This document shows positions 35,874 through 46,418 of a stretch of 59,573 nt of DNA, piece after piece. The notes beneath the pieces are model-generated. The model ran no database searches and was not told the DNA's origin. It worked only from the letters and a program-made list of their open reading frames with translations. Origin of the DNA: a virus. Taxonomy: Duplodnaviria > Caudoviricetes. Location of the stretch: positions 1 to 59,573 of the IMG/VR virus record IMGVR_UViG_3300033141_001990; one strand, 5' to 3'. The position numbers and the translations under genes were made by a program. Every line of letters begins with the position of its first letter. Position 1 is the first letter of the stretch.

Positions 35874-35876
35874 CAG

Positions 35877-36491
35877 ATGGCTCTGCTCATTAGCGAGCTA
35901 ACAAGGGTAAAGTACGAACTTGGATACAATACTCTTGATGCGGGCGCTGAGCCGTATGTCTCAGTAGTGGCCGTTTTTGACCAGATTATACAGACGTATA
36001 TCGAATCTGGAGCGGCTACTACCTCTACCACTATCGTAACCTCCTCGGCTACTCCGGCCCCCGTCACGCTAACTCTCGCATCTGGCACTGGGTTTAGTGC
36101 TGGAGATCGCGTAGTTGTGGATATAGATTCGCGGCAAGAGTTTGCTACAGTACAATCTATCGGAGTGAATACGATTACGGTCCTATTGTCTAACGCCCAC
36201 ACCGGGACTTACCCGGTAACGGTAGAGGGCGGCGAGAGCATCGTAAGAGAGATCCTTACCAGGCTCCACTCTCTTAGCGAGAGCCTGGGGTCTTTGTCTG
36301 TAAGCACTGCCGGAATTAAGCGCGTAGATGAGATCGAGTTCTTTGGGTCCTTTTCGGGATCTGAGATCGGACGTATCGAGCAGCTCGAAAGCCTACAGAT
36401 GAAGTGGAGGGACGAGCTTGCTAGTTGCCTGGGTGTAGTTAATCTCTGGAGAGTGAATCAGTCGGCGGGACAGATCGCGGAGGTATACTGA
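35877..36491 (+). CDS. Head-tail adaptor (putative) with beta insertion
   Basis: Helical termini, IKRVDEIEFF, position. Confidence 0.55.
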   Translation: MALLISELTRVKYELGYNTLDAGAEPYVSVVAVFDQIIQTYIESGAATTSTTIVTSSATPAPVTLTLASGTGFSAGDRVVVDIDSRQEFATVQSIGVNTITVLLSNAHTGTYPVTVEGGESIVREILTRLHSLSESLGSLSVSTAGIKRVDEIEFFGSFSGSEIGRIEQLESLQMKWRDELASCLGVVNLWRVNQSAGQIAEVY

Positions 36492-36492
36492 T

Positions 36493-36675
36493 ATGATTAG
36501 AAAGACGGCTGGCAAGAACGAATGGAGAGTCCTTAGCGAGACGAAGGACTCCGATGGGAACCGTAAGGTTTTAGGAACATACCAGTCTAAGACAGCAGCA
36601 GAGAAGAGGCTGGCCCAGGTTGAGAGTTTCAAGGACCAGCCGGAGCAGCCGACTAGGCGCAGACGGGGGCGATAG
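36493..36675 (+). CDS. Small basic phage protein
   Basis: KVLGTY.SK..AEKRL.QVE.FK. Confidence 0.6.
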   Translation: MIRKTAGKNEWRVLSETKDSDGNRKVLGTYQSKTAAEKRLAQVESFKDQPEQPTRRRRGR

Positions 36676-36678
36676 GGA

Positions 36679-37119
36679 GTGGGGTTCAAGGACGACATCC
36701 GAAAGCTCTGCTACGAGCTTAGGGCTATCCCTGGACAAGACTTTGAGATTCGCCCCTATACCGTAAAGGTTGTACTCCGAGAGTGGAGTGGTGTGGAGCC
36801 TGGGCAGGGCACGGAGACGGTTACAACCGTAGACATAACGGAGTTTAATGGTCAGCCGCCCAAGGTCAGGTGGCTAACTGACGAGGAGATAGCTATCGGA
36901 GGCTACGATGCCTCTACCGTAGAGGTTGGTCCGATCACTCCGGACTTTCCGGGAGGCGGAACCGCAATCTCCACACTAGGACAGGACCCGGCAGACAACA
37001 CTCTCTTCGATTATGTCCTCACCGGGCCTCAGTACCCCAACGGGGCAATATATAGGCTGAAGGCCCTACACTCCGATAAGACGTTTCAGTACAGGGCTAT
37101 TCTAGAGAGGGCTCGGTAA
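36679..37119 (+). CDS. Head-closure protein (putative)
   Basis: Position and size. Confidence 0.5.
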   Translation: MGFKDDIRKLCYELRAIPGQDFEIRPYTVKVVLREWSGVEPGQGTETVTTVDITEFNGQPPKVRWLTDEEIAIGGYDASTVEVGPITPDFPGGGTAISTLGQDPADNTLFDYVLTGPQYPNGAIYRLKALHSDKTFQYRAILERAR

Positions 37120-37904
37120 TGATTGACTCGCTATATAGCAACTTTGGAGGAGCCAGCTTCCCTATAACGTCAGCGGACGTACAGAATACCAACCTATTCA
37201 GCGTTACCGATCCGGGCCGGGATAACATGATCGCGCTTTTTAAGGCGGCGATCAACATGGAGTTCGCCCAGAGCCTAACTGTTATCGAGCCGACATCAGC
37301 GTGGTCTGTTGTCACTCCGTCTACCAGACTTAGCGGAGCGATGCCTGTATCAGATACGACCTACGATCCTCCACGACGAAGCGTTCTGCGGGAGACAAAG
37401 CTCACCTACCCCCTTCTTGCCCTATACCGAACAACTGCCATCCATGACGATTTTACACTAGCGCGAGAGCGCATCACGCAGACCTGGGGGTTTGATTATA
37501 TTCTTGGGCCTCTGTCTGTGGCCGACTTTAGGCGGCTCGGAGGAGCCCTAAATGGAGTCAAAGACATCATCCAGCTATGTATTAGGCGTCGCGGCCACCC
37601 GGCTTATAAGGATGGTGCGCTTCAGTTTGGACCTGGGGAGGGCAACTTCTCAACGGTTCAAATAACCCAGTCGAGTGAAGGTCCTGCAAATTACGGGCAA
37701 GAAAACGAGGGGATGGAGTTCCACGCTCTGCATATGGACCTTAAGACTACCGAGTTGGATGGTGCAGACGCCGACACGGTACCAGATTTCGAGGGGTCTT
37801 CTATTGTTCTTGGAGTGGGCGGAGAAGATGAAGTGCTGCCGGAGGTCGTTGATGCCCTAACCGAGGTGGTGCTAGTTCCTAACCACGGAATCCCGGAGCC
37901 GTAA
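37119..37904 (+). CDS. Tail terminator/completion protein (putative)
   Basis: Position; YPLLALYR; acidic C-terminus. Confidence 0.5.
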   Translation: MIDSLYSNFGGASFPITSADVQNTNLFSVTDPGRDNMIALFKAAINMEFAQSLTVIEPTSAWSVVTPSTRLSGAMPVSDTTYDPPRRSVLRETKLTYPLLALYRTTAIHDDFTLARERITQTWGFDYILGPLSVADFRRLGGALNGVKDIIQLCIRRRGHPAYKDGALQFGPGEGNFSTVQITQSSEGPANYGQENEGMEFHALHMDLKTTELDGADADTVPDFEGSSIVLGVGGEDEVLPEVVDALTEVVLVPNHGIPEP

Positions 37905-38371
37905 TGAGCGGACCTATCATCGGGCTGTCCAATCTTAAGGCACACCATAGGGGCTTTGAGCACGAGAACCGGGGAATGGCCATAGACGCTGTGGTGAAGG
38001 CGTCGGCGGTGATGATAGAGAAGTCTAGGGACGGCTCATCGGGGCTCAAGGAGCGCTCTAGCGCTTTAATGAAAAGAACTAAGAGTAAGGTGCGACTTCA
38101 TCCGAGGCGCATAACCGCAAAGGTATTCAACACTCTCCCCTACGCGATTATGACTGAGGAGGGGACTCCGGGTCACGTAATACGTGCGAAAAACTCCCGT
38201 GTGTTAGTATTCGACTGGCCGAAGGGCGGCCTTTTCCCAGCAAGGTTCGCTTGGGTTCAGCACCCCGGCAACCGTCCCTATCTATGGCTCTGGTCTGGTG
38301 TACTTAAGGGTTATACGTTTCTCGGTGTAGAGCTGACCATTGGGATGAACAAGTTGGCTGCTAAATTTTGA
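37904..38371 (+). CDS. HK97 gp10-like neck protein
   Basis: N..PYA...EEGT..H.I, V.HPG..P. Confidence 0.7.
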   Translation: MSGPIIGLSNLKAHHRGFEHENRGMAIDAVVKASAVMIEKSRDGSSGLKERSSALMKRTKSKVRLHPRRITAKVFNTLPYAIMTEEGTPGHVIRAKNSRVLVFDWPKGGLFPARFAWVQHPGNRPYLWLWSGVLKGYTFLGVELTIGMNKLAAKF

Positions 38372-38378
38372 GGGAAAT

Positions 38379-38708
38379 ATGATGTTAAGATTCTATGCAA
38401 AACATGGGGCGCTAGTAAGCGTTCCGTTTCAGAGCCCGCTAGTCGGGCAGCGCCCAAGGTATGTGGGCCGAACGCAAGATGATCAAAACCGGCTACCTGC
38501 CTCCGATGAGCCATTCGCCGCCGAAGCCTCTAGCCGGATGGGCATGCGCTTAGCTCGGATTTGCGGCAGGGGCGACCTGTGGGCAGCCGATAAGGCTACG
38601 GCAAAATACTGTCGCGTACCGTTCGTTGGCGTCTCCCACGTTGACGGCGAATGGGTGCCATCAAAGCCGCACCGAAAAACCTCAATTACCAACCCTAATA
38701 AGGACTGA
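38379..38708 (+). CDS. Hypothetical protein preceding the sheath (Mu gp38-like position)
   Basis: Position; R...RGDL motif. Confidence 0.5.
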   Translation: MMLRFYAKHGALVSVPFQSPLVGQRPRYVGRTQDDQNRLPASDEPFAAEASSRMGMRLARICGRGDLWAADKATAKYCRVPFVGVSHVDGEWVPSKPHRKTSITNPNKD

Positions 38709-38713
38709 TCACT

Positions 38714-40273
38714 ATGGCCCTCATTCCCATTCTTGGCGTTCCGAGTACCTTTAAGGTTCCTGGCCAATATGCCGAAATCCTATTCGCCCAAGGCCCAAGT
38801 ACGGCCGCAGCCGAAGCTCGCGAAATTATTCTAGTTATGCCGCAGCTTGCAGCCGGCACTACATGGGCAGAAGAAACCGTTAACGCGATCAACTCAGAGA
38901 GTGACGCTATCGCTGGAGCTGGAGCTGGTTCTCCTCTACACCGAGCTGCGCGCAAACTTCTCCAGGTTAATGACGATGCCAAAATCTGGGGCCTCCCGTA
39001 CCTTCCGTCAAGCGGGGCTGGTGTCGTTACCGCGGCAGGTACCGTTACCTATGTAGTGGACCCAACCGCTACTGGAATCTCTTCCGTTACTATCTGCGGA
39101 GAGGTCTGCTCGGTTGGGTACGATAATACGTTTACTATTACTACCCTTGCTACCACGATGGCGGCCGTAATTAACTCCCGAACGTGGCTTCCGGTTATTG
39201 CTACCTCTGTCATGGGCGTCATCACTCTCACCGCGAAGATTGCCGGGGCGAGTCAGGGCGACGGCACCGTGCCGGTTATCCGATATAGGGCGATAATCTC
39301 GTCTAATACGGGGACAACGGTTGCTACTAGTGGAGCAGCCCTCGGACTCGGAACGGGTACAGCGGGCGTAGATGGCGCTATTACTGAGAACAGTGGACTT
39401 GTCGGTGCGCTAGCCAACATTACCCAGGCACGATTCTACTACATGGGCTTCTCCACCTTCGATGCAGCTAACCTAACGAGCATCGTTTCTCATATTAGCA
39501 ACAAGAGCGAGCCTATCCCCGGACTCCGATCTGTCGGTATCGCAGGGTACAACGGCTCTCTCGGTACGGCACAGACCTTGGCTACGGCCCGCAACTACGA
39601 GAGGCTCCAGATGGTGTGGCAGCCTAACGGAGAGGCAGATCCAGCCGAGCTAGTGGGCAACATGCTGGGCATCCGACAGAAGTACGAGCAGCTGGACTCT
39701 GCTTATAACTTTGACGGGTTCCGTGATAGTGCCCAGTGGCAAATTCTCCCAGCCTTTTCCGAGACAGATTGGCCGAGCTTCGACGACCAAAACGACGCTA
39801 TCAACGACGGGATTACCCCTATCGCAAGCGATAGTCGAAACAGCTCCGTCGTGATGACAATCACCACTAGGAGCAAGGGGGCAGGCGGAGTTGTAGATGA
39901 CTTCCGGGCAGCCGAGACTCATAGGATCTCCGTAGCTGACGAGTATACGGACACGCTGCTGCTTCGGCACATTCTTAACTTTAGCAACAAGAAGCTAAAG
40001 GGAGATGAGCTGCTCTCTGACGGAACCGTCAATACGAATCAGAAGCTCTATCGCAACGTCGTTACCCCTCACCAATATAAGCCTTTCGTTAAGCACCTTG
40101 TGCAGGAGTTCGCTGATGCAGCAAAGCTCCAAGAGGCGCAAAAGTCGAAGGATGGTCTTCGGGTAGTTAAAGATCCCAATAATAGCGGCAGGCTAGAAGT
40201 CGGGCTAGACCTACACGTTATCGATCTACTTCATCAAACCACGTTCCGATTAGCGGAGGTCAGCACTGGCTGA
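38714..40273 (+). CDS. Contractile tail sheath protein (Mu gpL-like)
   Basis: KVPGQYAEI N-terminus, G.GS.L, NDGITP, ITT, DPNN..RL. Confidence 0.9.
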   Translation: MALIPILGVPSTFKVPGQYAEILFAQGPSTAAAEAREIILVMPQLAAGTTWAEETVNAINSESDAIAGAGAGSPLHRAARKLLQVNDDAKIWGLPYLPSSGAGVVTAAGTVTYVVDPTATGISSVTICGEVCSVGYDNTFTITTLATTMAAVINSRTWLPVIATSVMGVITLTAKIAGASQGDGTVPVIRYRAIISSNTGTTVATSGAALGLGTGTAGVDGAITENSGLVGALANITQARFYYMGFSTFDAANLTSIVSHISNKSEPIPGLRSVGIAGYNGSLGTAQTLATARNYERLQMVWQPNGEADPAELVGNMLGIRQKYEQLDSAYNFDGFRDSAQWQILPAFSETDWPSFDDQNDAINDGITPIASDSRNSSVVMTITTRSKGAGGVVDDFRAAETHRISVADEYTDTLLLRHILNFSNKKLKGDELLSDGTVNTNQKLYRNVVTPHQYKPFVKHLVQEFADAAKLQEAQKSKDGLRVVKDPNNSGRLEVGLDLHVIDLLHQTTFRLAEVSTG

Positions 40274-40285
40274 TAGGAGACAAAA

Positions 40286-40657
40286 ATGGCAGCACTACAG
40301 GATCATGCTAGGCTCGCGCTATTCGTCGAGCAAATCTATATGGTGGAGATGACGTCCATCGAACTCGCCACCAACAGCGGGCAGCAGCGGGTGGATACCC
40401 TAGAGGGACTCGCTGGCTTTACCCCTGGCTCCGGAGACTGCACCGTTAGCTGCGGATTCGCCATCCCTATCGGTGGGCAGGAGTATCCGTTCCAGCAAAC
40501 GTGTACCGATGGGAGCTATGTTACTCTCCAGATCCCGGTCGGAGAGGTAGACTATATCGGAAACGGTAAGTTCCTCGACGTATCGATCAACCAGAGCGTA
40601 AACGCAAACACAGAAGGTACGTTTACATGGACGGGAGAGCTTAACGCTCTACAGTAG
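40286..40657 (+). CDS. Tail tube protein
   Basis: 123 aa after the sheath, GLAGFTPG. Confidence 0.75.
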   Translation: MAALQDHARLALFVEQIYMVEMTSIELATNSGQQRVDTLEGLAGFTPGSGDCTVSCGFAIPIGGQEYPFQQTCTDGSYVTLQIPVGEVDYIGNGKFLDVSINQSVNANTEGTFTWTGELNALQ

Positions 40658-40683
40658 TCTCTTTTCAAAGTAAGGCAGCTTTC

Positions 40684-40717
40684 GACCCTCCGCGCTATTT
40701 CAGGCGCGGGGGGTTTT
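40684..40717 (+). terminator. Intrinsic terminator after the tube gene
   Basis: accctccgcgc/gcgcggggggt stem then T run. Confidence 0.65.
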
Positions 40718-40734
40718 GCTGTATATAGGTCCGT

Positions 40735-41646
40735 ATGTCAGGACCACCAAACGATGTAGAGCCAAGCGAACTTTGGCGCAGGTTGAACGAGTCTCCTCGC
40801 CCTAGCGAGGTAATCGACTTTCCAAGGAAAGACGTAAACGGTAAGCCGCTGTCTCGTGTGAGGATTCAGGTCCTTCGCATGTTAGAGCACGACCAGGCGA
40901 GGATACGAGCCCACGAGTGGCTGAAGAACAAAAAGATCCCAGCCAAAGAGTTTGAGGGGATTACGATTAGAGAGGTCTATGGCGATGCCGTAGCCAGAGA
41001 GCTATTAGCCATGGCTTGCGTATCCGACGAACCCATTAAGGGCTCCGAGGATAGCGGAGCCCCGAAGTACGCTAGACTCTTTCGTTCCGGTGAGGACATG
41101 GAGACGCTTACGGCAGATGAGCTTGTCGTACTATTTACCGCCTACGAGATGTGCCAGCGCAAGTTTGGACCCTACGAGGGGAACATAGGCAGCGAAGAAG
41201 AGTTAAACGAATGGGTTGCGCGCCTCGCGGAGGGAGGGAACCGCTTCCCTTTAGCGCAGCTAAGCTGGCATCAATTGGTAGAATTAACCATGTTGTTGTC
41301 GGAGCGTGCATACTGCCTGTCAGCCCTCCTGGATTACCAGTCTTCGAGCTTGGAAGGTATTTCGGAGTCTCTCCAAAAGAGGTGGGCTATTGGCACTGGA
41401 TTCTTTGGCAGGCTGCGCGCAAGTGTTATCAAACATGGTTTGAACCTATTAAATGACGGCGAGGACGAGGTATCCGAAGATGCTGAGCATCTTGACAAGA
41501 TCCTCCTAGCTGAGCAAAACGCCCTTGATAGGCAGAGGGCAGCCAGCGCTAAACCTCTCGATCTTCCCGATCCGGGTATTTCTATCACAACAGAAGAAGC
41601 TGCCAGGTACGCACAGATGATCCATAAGCACGGTAGGGACGATTAA
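40735..41646 (+). CDS. Tail assembly chaperone
   Basis: Between tube and tape measure; LT.DEL..LF..Y; internal C CCT TTA slippery site. Confidence 0.7.
   Translation: MSGPPNDVEPSELWRRLNESPRPSEVIDFPRKDVNGKPLSRVRIQVLRMLEHDQARIRAHEWLKNKKIPAKEFEGITIREVYGDAVARELLAMACVSDEPIKGSEDSGAPKYARLFRSGEDMETLTADELVVLFTAYEMCQRKFGPYEGNIGSEEELNEWVARLAEGGNRFPLAQLSWHQLVELTMLLSERAYCLSALLDYQSSSLEGISESLQKRWAIGTGFFGRLRASVIKHGLNLLNDGEDEVSEDAEHLDKILLAEQNALDRQRAASAKPLDLPDPGISITTEEAARYAQMIHKHGRDD
41247..41456 (+). other. -1 frameshift site and alternative chaperone C-terminus
   Basis: In-phase X XXY YYZ heptamer C CCT TTA at 41247-41253; the -1 frame is open for 67 codons (ELGRYFGVSPKEVGYWHW). Confidence 0.6.
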
Positions 41647-44136
41647 GTGCCCAAACTCCAGTATGATTTTAGCGTTATAGGGCTTCCGGCAGTCCATGCC
41701 GCTCTAGCGTCGCTGGAGAAACGCTTGGCTCAGCATAACGCTAAAGTAAACCGAATAGTAGGAGGCGGAGCCGGAGGAGGAAAAGGGAAAAGGCCGCCTA
41801 TTCCGGTAAGAGGTGATAAAAAGCAGCAGAAGGGCCTTACTCGACTAGATCGCACCGCCAAGCGTATGCACGGCAAGCGCATGAGCGAACTGGGCGCGCT
41901 AGAGCAACAGCAAATCAAAACTGCTCATAAGGTTCACAAGATAAAACGGAAAAATCAGGTTAGGAGAGCCAGGGCTAACAAGAGGGAGAAGATACGGGCT
42001 GTTAAAGAGATTGGCCGTATAGAAAACCAAGCTCAGCTTAAGAGAACTAGAGAAGCCTCGAAAGCCGCAAGAACCCACCAGCGCACGGTAGAACGAACCC
42101 GCGCGAACCGTTTGGCCACTGGCAGGAAGGTGGTCGGTGGTGGGGTTCGCGGAGTCGGAAGGTCTCTACGCGGAGTCGGAAGGGCCGGCTTGATGTATGG
42201 CGGCATGGCCGCAGGCGCGGCTGGAGGAGCTGCGCTCTCATATGAGATGAACATAGACGAGCGCGTCCGTCTTCTAGCTATGGCCACTCACAGTGCTCAG
42301 GAGAGCAGGATTGCTGCGAAAACCGTGAAGAAAGGAGAGCAGTATTTAGAGCTACCGGCACGCGGGGCTTCCATTAAATCAATAGCTCAGGGAACGTCAC
42401 AGAGAACCGGGGTTAGCACTGAAAAGGTCTTACAGGGGCTACAGAAGTGGCAGGAGATTACCGGACGCGGCGATCTGGCAGATAAAATTGCCCCAATGAT
42501 CGGAGATTTCTCACAGGTATTCGGAGCTGACCCGAAGGCTGTAGCTGGAACTGCGGCATTCATTTTCGACCGTATAAGAAAGGAGCAGAATGCCGACGGC
42601 AGTGACATTTCTACAAATGACGCCTTGAAAAAAACAATGAACGTCATGAACAGCGCTGGTGCGCAAGGCCAACTGGGAATGATCGAGTTTAACACCCTCG
42701 CACCCGTTATGTCTAAGCTCGTTAGCGCGACCATGAACGTAAAGGGTCCGATTGAGGATGTCATAAAGCAGTTCATCGCTCTTGCACAGCTATCGGTTTC
42801 TGGCGGAGCTAGAGATGCTTTTGAAGCGACTACTGCCTTGATGCGATTCACCGATAACATAAAAATTATCGCTAAGAAAAAATCTTTTAAGGACATGAAT
42901 GCCCGGCTAGCGGCGCGTGGCCAGCCATTGGTTGACCCGTATACATATTCCGAGCCAGATAAGTATGGGGTGGTCAGGCACGGGGTAACTGACCCTATCA
43001 GGGTCTTGAAGGAGCTTTACCGAGGCACAGGTGGCGACATCGTAGAGATGCAAGGCATGCTCAGCATCCGAGGAAAGAAGGTTGCGGAGCCCATTATGGA
43101 CCTCATTAAGAAATACTCGGGTGGCAAACTCGATAAAGATTCTATGGCCCTGGGGTTCAAAGGAATGGAAAAGCATTTCAAGATGTTCACAGACGCCCAG
43201 ACGAACGAAGAGGCGTGGGAAGCCCTGAAGAAGTACGCGCAGAGTTCCAGTAAGGCTGTTGCGACCCGAGCGTGGGAGCAGATCGCCTCTAAGCTTGGAC
43301 CCGAAGTCGTAAAGGTTCTAGAGGCTCTTGTCCCAGTAGCCGGAGATATTGGGGATGCGTTTGTAATCGTAGCAAAGGGGCTTGCTGGCTTTATTAAAGC
43401 CATGCACGACTCTCCATGGTCAACACTCGGAGCTATACTCGGAGCTATACTCGTTAAAGAGATAGCCGCAGCCGGTATAGGGCACATGGTTGGCGTAGCA
43501 ATCTCTACTTCGGTTGGAAGCGCCGGCCTCTCCGCCTCCGTAGCTGCTGCGATGGGGACAGCTCTAATCGCTGCCGCTGCTACCGCCGCGGTGTTAGTGG
43601 CAGCTCATAATATAGAGCAGCTTAGAAAAGAGGCGGAGGTAGCGAGGCAGGACGCTAAAGACAATCGAGAGAACGAGCTTCAGCTAGCGGAGAGAAGAGG
43701 ACAAACCGGCATTGGCCGTAAGAAGCAGGGGGACTTCTGGACAAGGATACTAAGAGGAGACTCCATAGAGGACGCGTCCTATGGAGGTGAGTATATTAAG
43801 CGCGGAAAGAGCGGAAAGATTATCACGGAAAATGTTGGTGATAAAAGTCTATGGGGGTCGGCACTAGAGGGCTTAATGGGTATGACGGGCACGCTAGCCG
43901 CACACCGTTCATTAACAGGACCGAAAGGACCGGAGAAGCCGGGTGAATATTTCGAGTACGGCAAAGGATCGGCAGTTGCAACTGCGGAGCCCATCTCTGC
44001 GCTTCACTCACTAGATAGTGGAGACCTAGAGGGGGCGATTGCAGATAACACTATAGCTGTTGGCGATCTCGCGGGTAAGGTTGCCAATGCAAACTTAAAT
44101 CGCGGCAACACACCAGGCACGGATAAGGACTATTAG
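41647..44136 (+). CDS. Tape measure protein
   Basis: 829 aa, helical A/G/K-rich, hydrophobic segments, position. Confidence 0.85.
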   Translation: MPKLQYDFSVIGLPAVHAALASLEKRLAQHNAKVNRIVGGGAGGGKGKRPPIPVRGDKKQQKGLTRLDRTAKRMHGKRMSELGALEQQQIKTAHKVHKIKRKNQVRRARANKREKIRAVKEIGRIENQAQLKRTREASKAARTHQRTVERTRANRLATGRKVVGGGVRGVGRSLRGVGRAGLMYGGMAAGAAGGAALSYEMNIDERVRLLAMATHSAQESRIAAKTVKKGEQYLELPARGASIKSIAQGTSQRTGVSTEKVLQGLQKWQEITGRGDLADKIAPMIGDFSQVFGADPKAVAGTAAFIFDRIRKEQNADGSDISTNDALKKTMNVMNSAGAQGQLGMIEFNTLAPVMSKLVSATMNVKGPIEDVIKQFIALAQLSVSGGARDAFEATTALMRFTDNIKIIAKKKSFKDMNARLAARGQPLVDPYTYSEPDKYGVVRHGVTDPIRVLKELYRGTGGDIVEMQGMLSIRGKKVAEPIMDLIKKYSGGKLDKDSMALGFKGMEKHFKMFTDAQTNEEAWEALKKYAQSSSKAVATRAWEQIASKLGPEVVKVLEALVPVAGDIGDAFVIVAKGLAGFIKAMHDSPWSTLGAILGAILVKEIAAAGIGHMVGVAISTSVGSAGLSASVAAAMGTALIAAAATAAVLVAAHNIEQLRKEAEVARQDAKDNRENELQLAERRGQTGIGRKKQGDFWTRILRGDSIEDASYGGEYIKRGKSGKIITENVGDKSLWGSALEGLMGMTGTLAAHRSLTGPKGPEKPGEYFEYGKGSAVATAEPISALHSLDSGDLEGAIADNTIAVGDLAGKVANANLNRGNTPGTDKDY

Positions 44137-45168
44137 ATGCCGATTGAAGAGGAGTTCAAGTTTGACGCACTAAAGAAACTAGGTCCCCTTTCTTGGCGCG
44201 GGATAAAGGTTCCTATCGTTAGCCGGAAGGTGGACTTCTCTCAGAGCTTGGCGAGACAGAAGTTTGGTTACAGGGATAACGCATTCATCGAATCTCTCGG
44301 TGCGGAAAACTTTAGCTTCACTTATACGATTCCGTTTCGCCAGGGTATCGTCAGGGGACCATACGACCCTAACTTGTTCAGCGTTACGCTTCCCGCCTTT
44401 ATCGTAGCGTGCCGAGACTCCACCGCTGGCGAGCTTCACGATCCCGTGCTTGGCAACTTTCGGTGTAAGTGCACCAGCTTCTCAAGCTCGTTAGATATGA
44501 ACAAGCGGGACGGCGTAGATGTCGATGTCGCCTTTGTATACGCTCCTGAGATTGACGAGGTAGAGAAGCTGCCATCTAAGGTCGCGTCTACTAGCGCCAT
44601 CTTTGCGCAGCTTTCCAACCTAGATGGGGATATTGATAAGGGCGACTGGGGGCAACAGGTTGGTGCCGCCAGCTCTGCTGAGCTGGTGGAAACTGCCGAA
44701 GTTGTCGTAGAGAGCATTACTGGTGAGCTAGTAAGGACTGGCGTCTTCGGTCCTCCAGAACCTTTCGCGGATCTCTTCGGACAGATAGACGGATTCGGTC
44801 GCCAGATTGAGAGATTCGGAAATAAGATCGACGCCAAGCTAAACAATGTTCTCTTTAAGCTTGAGAAGATGGAGGAAACGATCTCCGTCTTAGAGGAACC
44901 TGCGAACTGGCCCATCCTAAAGTCGAGCAGAAGAATCCGAGCGAACATCGAGAGCACTAAGGAGAGACTCGCTAACCCCGGAAGGGCTATTTTCACGATG
45001 CTCACTAAGTCCTATCAGTCCATAGGAAATCTTGCATCTGCGGTTGGTATGCCAGTAGATCGGTTTCTTAGGCTTAACCCGTCTCTCTCGAAACACCCCT
45101 TAGTTCCGCCAAATACTGCGGTTAACTATATCAGCGACAAGCTAGACGAGATCGAGGGTAAGCCTTGA
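44137..45168 (+). CDS. Mu gpN-like DNA circularisation / tube initiator protein with LysM-like end
   Basis: SWRGI..P......YRD...IESLG, GELHDP.LG, LRLNP.L. Confidence 0.8.
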   Translation: MPIEEEFKFDALKKLGPLSWRGIKVPIVSRKVDFSQSLARQKFGYRDNAFIESLGAENFSFTYTIPFRQGIVRGPYDPNLFSVTLPAFIVACRDSTAGELHDPVLGNFRCKCTSFSSSLDMNKRDGVDVDVAFVYAPEIDEVEKLPSKVASTSAIFAQLSNLDGDIDKGDWGQQVGAASSAELVETAEVVVESITGELVRTGVFGPPEPFADLFGQIDGFGRQIERFGNKIDAKLNNVLFKLEKMEETISVLEEPANWPILKSSRRIRANIESTKERLANPGRAIFTMLTKSYQSIGNLASAVGMPVDRFLRLNPSLSKHPLVPPNTAVNYISDKLDEIEGKP

Positions 45169-46406
45169 AGAGGGAGCCCCCAGATATTGGTTGCGTGCTC
45201 CCGCTATTGAACCAGCATATCAGTGTCTTCAAGTCCTTCAAATTGGATAGCGATTACACTAAGAGCACGGACTCCTTCAGCATCGAGGTGGCCGCCTCTC
45301 ACATGAGGGACCTCGTTGGGATGGAGGCTCAGCCTATAGAGATTTATGTTAACAGCCTCCCGGTAATGGCTGGACGGATAGACCGCACGGAGATTCGAGA
45401 CGACTCTTCTATGACTATTGGCGGGCGTGACTATATGGCCGATCTCGTGGAGTGCAATATAGACCCGACCGTTAAGCTACAGGAGGGGATGTCTATTGGG
45501 GACGCAATTAAGATAGCTGCGGGACCAGTAGGAATTACGAGAGTCGTAGGAGCAGACGAGGTAGTTCTCAGGAACATTAAAACCGGGGCAAGCTTGGGCA
45601 AACCACCTCGTCCTGCGGCTATGAGGGCGAAGCTTCAGAAGAACAAGCCCGACCCTGGCGTGGGCATCTACCAGTACCTCAATCAGATATGTATTCGGCT
45701 AGGCTGCACGATGCAGCCGACTCCTAATGATACGACTACGATCGTTGTCTCGGAGCCGGATAACGCGCAGCCCCCCGCGTATACAATTCAGAGGTCGATG
45801 GATAGAAAAGAGTCCGCTGGGAATAACATTCTAACGGCATCTGCTTCCCGCGACCTGTCTAGCTTCCCAACCCACGTGCTCGTTACTGGCCAAGCCAGGC
45901 CAGCCGCTAAACCGGGTCCAGGAGGCGGGAAGAAGGCACCGCCGCCGCCGTCAATAGACAGTAAGCCAAGCAGCTATGCGAGCACAAACTTTGACGCAAA
46001 TGTGTTCACAGATAAGACAAGGATCTTAGCCGTAACCACTAAGGGCAGGATTAAGCCAGGGCAGCCGGGGGCTGATAAGGGAAAACTCTACCGTCTCCTA
46101 TATCTGCGCGACAAGAAGAGTAAGGACGTCCATCAACTAGAGAACAAGGCGTACCGCCTGCTAGCGAACAGGATGAGAGATACTCTCGTATACACGGCAA
46201 CAGTTCAGGGGCTTACTACGCTAGACGGAAGGCTGTATGTCCCCGATACGATTGTTCACGTTAAGGACGAGGTTACCCAGGTTTTTGAGAAGATGTGGGT
46301 ATCAGGTGTAAGCTATTCCTACTCACCGGGGGCCGGCGCTAAGACAGAGCTTCGGTGCTTTAGGAAGGGCACATTCATTATTGGCAAGGTAAGCCAGGAC
46401 GGATAA
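45165..46406 (+). CDS. Baseplate hub (Mu gp44/gpP-like)
   Basis: D.FS, G.ID, GRD..ADLVEC, V.V.DE motifs. Confidence 0.8.
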   Translation: MKREPPDIGCVLPLLNQHISVFKSFKLDSDYTKSTDSFSIEVAASHMRDLVGMEAQPIEIYVNSLPVMAGRIDRTEIRDDSSMTIGGRDYMADLVECNIDPTVKLQEGMSIGDAIKIAAGPVGITRVVGADEVVLRNIKTGASLGKPPRPAAMRAKLQKNKPDPGVGIYQYLNQICIRLGCTMQPTPNDTTTIVVSEPDNAQPPAYTIQRSMDRKESAGNNILTASASRDLSSFPTHVLVTGQARPAAKPGPGGGKKAPPPPSIDSKPSSYASTNFDANVFTDKTRILAVTTKGRIKPGQPGADKGKLYRLLYLRDKKSKDVHQLENKAYRLLANRMRDTLVYTATVQGLTTLDGRLYVPDTIVHVKDEVTQVFEKMWVSGVSYSYSPGAGAKTELRCFRKGTFIIGKVSQDG

Positions 46407-46418
46407 GGAAAGAGAACC

